A stretch of 64,000 nt of DNA. It comes from Squalus acanthias. Lineage: Eukaryota. Positions within the stretch are counted from its first letter, which is position 1. Each line of letters starts with the position of its first letter. The translations under genes and the position numbers were made by a program. The stretch is taken from positions 84,384,001 to 84,448,000 of the forward strand of contig CM059432.1 of the NCBI GenBank assembly GCA_030390025.1, given 5' to 3'. The notes under the pieces were generated by a model that saw nothing but the letters and a program-made list of their open reading frames with translations, made no database searches and was not told the DNA's origin. Below, in pieces: positions 60,709 to 64,000 of this stretch.

Positions 60709-62961
60709 TCACGTCATGTATCGTGACATAAACCCAAGATCCCGATTGAGACCGTCTTCATGAGTTCGGAACTTGGCTATCAGTTTCTGCTCGATGATTT
60801 TGCGTTGTCGTGTGTTTCTAAGGTTGCCTTGGAGAACGCTTACCCGCAGATCCGAGGCTGAATGTCCTTGACTGCTGAAGTGTTCCCCGACTGGGAGGTA
60901 ACAATCCTGCCTGGCGATTGTTGCGCGGTGCTCGTTCATACGTTGTCTCAGTGTCTGCATGGTCTCGCCGATGTACCATGCCGCGGTGCATTCTTTCCTG
61001 CAACGTATGAGGTAGACAACGTTGGCCGAGTCACATGAGTATGTACCATGTACCTGGTGGGTAGTGTCCTCACGTGTGATGGTGGTATCTGTGTTGATGA
61101 TCTGGCATGTCTTGCAGAGTTTGCCATGGCAGGGTTGTGTGGTGTCGTGGTCGCTGTTATCCTGAAAGCTGGGTAATTTGCTGCGAACGATGGTACTTCT
61201 GAGGTTAGGCGGCTGTTTGAAGGCAAGTAGTGGAGGCGTGGGGATGGCCTTAGCGAGGTGTTTGTCGTCATCGATGACATGTTGAAGGCTGCGAAGAACA
61301 TGTCGTAGTTTCTCCGCTCCGGGGAAGTACTGGACGACGTAGGGTACCCTGTTGGTTGTGTCCCGTGTTTGCCTTCTGAGGAGGTCTATGCGATTTTTCG
61401 CTGTGGCCCGTCGGAACTGTCGATCGATGAGTCGAGCGTCATATCCCGTTCTTACGAGGGCGTTTTTCAGCGTCCGTAGGTGTCCATCGCGTTCCTCCTC
61501 GTCTGAGCAGATCCTGTGTATTCGCAGGGCTTGTCCATAGGGGATGGCTTCTTTAACATGGTTAGGGTGGAAGCTGGAGAAGTGGAGCATCGTGAGGTTG
61601 TCCGTGGGCTTGCGGTAGAGTGAAGTGCTGAGGTGTCCGTCTTTGATGGAGATTCGTGTGTCCAGGAATGAGACCGATTCTGAGGAGTAGTCCATGGTGA
61701 GTTTGATGGTGGGATGGAACTTGTTTATGTTATCGTGTAGTCTTTTCAGTGATCCTTCGCCATGGGTCCAAAGGAAGAAAATGTCGTCGATGTATCTGGT
61801 GTACAGCGTTGGCTGGAGGTCCTGTGCAGCGAAGAAGTCTTGCTCGAACTTGTGCATGAAGATGTTGGCGTATTGGGGTGCGAATTTGGTCCCCATGGCT
61901 GTTCCGTGTGTTTGGGTAAAAAAATGGTTGTCGAAGGTGAAGACATTGTGGTCAAGGATGAAGCGGATGAGTTGTAGGATGGCGTCTGGAGATTGGCTGT
62001 TGTTGATGTTGAGTACTGAGGCTGTTGCAGCGATGCCGTCATCGTGGGGGATACTGGTGTAGAGTGCCGATACGTCCATCGTGGCAAGGAGTGTTCCTGG
62101 TTCAACTGGTCCGTGGGTGCTGAGTTTCTGTAAGAAGTCTGTAGTGTCGCGACAGAAGCTGGGGGTTCCCTGTACGATGGGTTTCAGAATGCCCTCGACG
62201 TATCCAGAGAGGTTCTCACACAGGGTTCCATTGCCTGATACGATAGGACGTCCGGGTGTGTTGGCTTTGTGTATCTTTGGGAGGCAGTAGAAGTCTCCCA
62301 CGCGGGGAGTACGTGGGATGAGAGCGCGTAGGATGTTTTGAAGGTCTGGATCGAAGGTCTTGATCAGTCTATTGAGTTGGCGGGTGTGTTCTTTGGTCGG
62401 ATCTGCGGGTAGCTGTCTGTAGTGTTCCTGGTTGTCCAGTTGTCGGTATGCTTCTTTACAATAGTCCGTTCTGTTCTGTATGACGATGGCTCCTCCTTTG
62501 TCCGCTGGTTTGATGACAATGTTGCGGTTGGTCTTGAGAGCGTGGATGGCGTTGCGTTGTGCTCGGGTGACATTCTGGACTGTCTTGTGAGTGCGGCTGA
62601 TGAATCTGGCGTTGATGCATTTCCTGACAGCTTGAGCATACATGTCAAGCTTGGGGCAGCGACCCTCCGGAGGGGTCCAGTTTGACTCTTTTTTCTTCGG
62701 TTGCTGCACTGCGAGTCCCTCTGTCTGCTGTTCTGGATCATTGATTGTCTCATTGGGTTTGTTGCTGACATCTTGGGATTTGTGGAAGTATTCCCGGAGC
62801 CTCATTCTCCTGATGAATTCCTCCGTGTCTGCCGCGAGACCGATGGGGTCCATTTTGGTGGTTGGGCAGAACTTGAGCCCTAGGGCGAGAACTTTGATTT
62901 CGTCTGGTTGAAGGGTGTGGTCCGACAGGTTGACGATGGTTGCAACCACAGGGAAGTCCAT
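60709..62961 (-). CDS. Penelope RT-GIY-YIG endonuclease, uninterrupted 750 aa from the ATG at 62961 (probably lacks the native N-terminus)
   Basis: IVNLS, KPADKGG, LPKIHK, GRPIVS, DVSALYT, GTAMG, RYIDD, CHGKLCKTC, NVVYLIRC..YIGET, GLN. Confidence 0.95.
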   Translation of the reverse strand: MDFPVVATIVNLSDHTLQPDEIKVLALGLKFCPTTKMDPIGLAADTEEFIRRMRLREYFHKSQDVSNKPNETINDPEQQTEGLAVQQPKKKESNWTPPEGRCPKLDMYAQAVRKCINARFISRTHKTVQNVTRAQRNAIHALKTNRNIVIKPADKGGAIVIQNRTDYCKEAYRQLDNQEHYRQLPADPTKEHTRQLNRLIKTFDPDLQNILRALIPRTPRVGDFYCLPKIHKANTPGRPIVSGNGTLCENLSGYVEGILKPIVQGTPSFCRDTTDFLQKLSTHGPVEPGTLLATMDVSALYTSIPHDDGIAATASVLNINNSQSPDAILQLIRFILDHNVFTFDNHFFTQTHGTAMGTKFAPQYANIFMHKFEQDFFAAQDLQPTLYTRYIDDIFFLWTHGEGSLKRLHDNINKFHPTIKLTMDYSSESVSFLDTRISIKDGHLSTSLYRKPTDNLTMLHFSSFHPNHVKEAIPYGQALRIHRICSDEEERDGHLRTLKNALVRTGYDARLIDRQFRRATAKNRIDLLRRQTRDTTNRVPYVVQYFPGAEKLRHVLRSLQHVIDDDKHLAKAIPTPPLLAFKQPPNLRSTIVRSKLPSFQDNSDHDTTQPCHGKLCKTCQIINTDTTITREDTTHQVHGTYSCDSANVVYLIRCRKECTAAWYIGETMQTLRQRMNEHRATIARQDCYLPVGEHFSSQGHSASDLRVSVLQGNLRNTRQRKIIEQKLIAKFRTHEDGLNRDLGFMSRYMT

Positions 62962-64000
62962 CGTCAACCTGTCGGACCACACCCTTCAACCAGACGAAAT
63001 CAAAGTTCTCGCCCTAGGGCTCAAGTTCTGCCCAACCACCAAAATGGACCCCATCGGTCTCGCGGCAGACACGGAGGAATTCATCAGGAGAATGAGGCTC
63101 CGGGAATACTTCCACAAATCCCAAGATGTCAGCAACAAACCCAATGAGACAATCAATGATCCAGAACAGCAGACAGAGGGACTCGCAGTGCAGCAACCGA
63201 AGAAAAAAGAGTCAAACTGGACCCCTCCGGAGGGTCGCTGCCCCAAGCTTGACATGTATGCTCAAGCTGTCAGGAAATGCATCAACGCCAGATTCATCAG
63301 CCGCACTCACAAGACAGTCCAGAATGTCACCCGAGCACAACGCAACGCCATCCACGCTCTCAAGACCAACCGCAACATTGTCATCAAACCAGCGGACAAA
63401 GGAGGAGCCATCGTCATACAGAACAGAACGGACTATTGTAAAGAAGCATACCGACAACTGGACAACCAGGAACACTACAGACAGCTACCCGCAGATCCGA
63501 CCAAAGAACACACCCGCCAACTCAATAGACTGATCAAGACCTTCGATCCAGACCTTCAAAACATCCTACGCGCTCTCATCCCACGTACTCCCCGCGTGGG
63601 AGACTTCTACTGCCTCCCAAAGATACACAAAGCCAACACACCCGGACGTCCTATCGTATCAGGCAATGGAACCCTGTGTGAGAACCTCTCTGGATACGTC
63701 GAGGGCATTCTGAAACCCATCGTACAGGGAACCCCCAGCTTCTGTCGCGACACTACAGACTTCTTACAGAAACTCAGCACCCACGGACCAGTTGAACCAG
63801 GAACACTCCTTGCCACGATGGACGTATCGGCACTCTACACCAGTATCCCCCACGATGACGGCATCGCTGCAACAGCCTCAGTACTCAACATCAACAACAG
63901 CCAATCTCCAGACGCCATCCTACAACTCATCCGCTTCATCCTTGACCACAATGTCTTCACCTTCGACAACCATTTTTTTACCCAAACACACGGAACAGCC
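61897..64000. repeat. Long inverted repeat: 61897-62939 pairs with 62958-64000
   Basis: Position x mirrors 125897-x; mirrored ORFs in the track are identical in several frames. Confidence 0.97.
62936..64000 (+). CDS. Second Penelope ORF copy (MVATTGKSIVNLSDH...), open to the window edge
   Basis: Mirror of the minus copy; ATG at 62936 in frame; absent from the ORF track because it has no stop in the window. Confidence 0.85.
   Translation, partial: MVATTGKSIVNLSDHTLQPDEIKVLALGLKFCPTTKMDPIGLAADTEEFIRRMRLREYFHKSQDVSNKPNETINDPEQQTEGLAVQQPKKKESNWTPPEGRCPKLDMYAQAVRKCINARFISRTHKTVQNVTRAQRNAIHALKTNRNIVIKPADKGGAIVIQNRTDYCKEAYRQLDNQEHYRQLPADPTKEHTRQLNRLIKTFDPDLQNILRALIPRTPRVGDFYCLPKIHKANTPGRPIVSGNGTLCENLSGYVEGILKPIVQGTPSFCRDTTDFLQKLSTHGPVEPGTLLATMDVSALYTSIPHDDGIAATASVLNINNSQSPDAILQLIRFILDHNVFTFDNHFFTQTHGTA

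Larger units (their letters stand above)
60248..64000. mobile_element. Penelope-like element (Neptune-type), two copies head-to-head; the right copy runs off the window
   Basis: RT + GIY-YIG ORF, 3' region with hammerhead motif, inverted duplication. Confidence 0.95.

Noticed and set aside
60709..62982. GTG start of the 757-aa ORF; telomerase or group II intron RT
   Set aside because: The first codons are antisense of the other arm; GIY-YIG domain and hammerhead identify a Penelope element.

Overview
Eukaryotic, transposon-saturated window with no recognisable host gene. The CR1 (SGNH-esterase ORF1), L2, RTE, Penelope and Harbinger repertoire points to a vertebrate, most likely a cartilaginous fish (inference). 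Main contents: (1) three CR1 LINEs, plus a fourth CR1-group LINE that lacks ORF1 and starts with a tRNA-like Pol III head (9433-12695); (2) a ~10 kb nest in which a hAT-like element carries a G-rich minisatellite hit by a solo LTR and by an internally deleted retrovirus-like LTR element (tRNA-Arg PBS, gag-UGA-CUAG-pro, retroviral-type RNase H tail), plus a 5'-inverted RTE; (3) many PIF/Harbinger elements and MITEs with 3-bp TSDs, including one apparently intact autonomous Harbinger (46169-50333; 386-aa transposase and a 3-exon 488-aa Myb/SANT gene); (4) an intact-ORF Penelope element (RT + GIY-YIG, minimal hammerhead ribozyme) joined head-to-head to a second copy as a >1 kb apparently perfect palindrome whose centre gives an in-frame ATG to both arms. 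All alignments and counts were made by eye; no searches were run.
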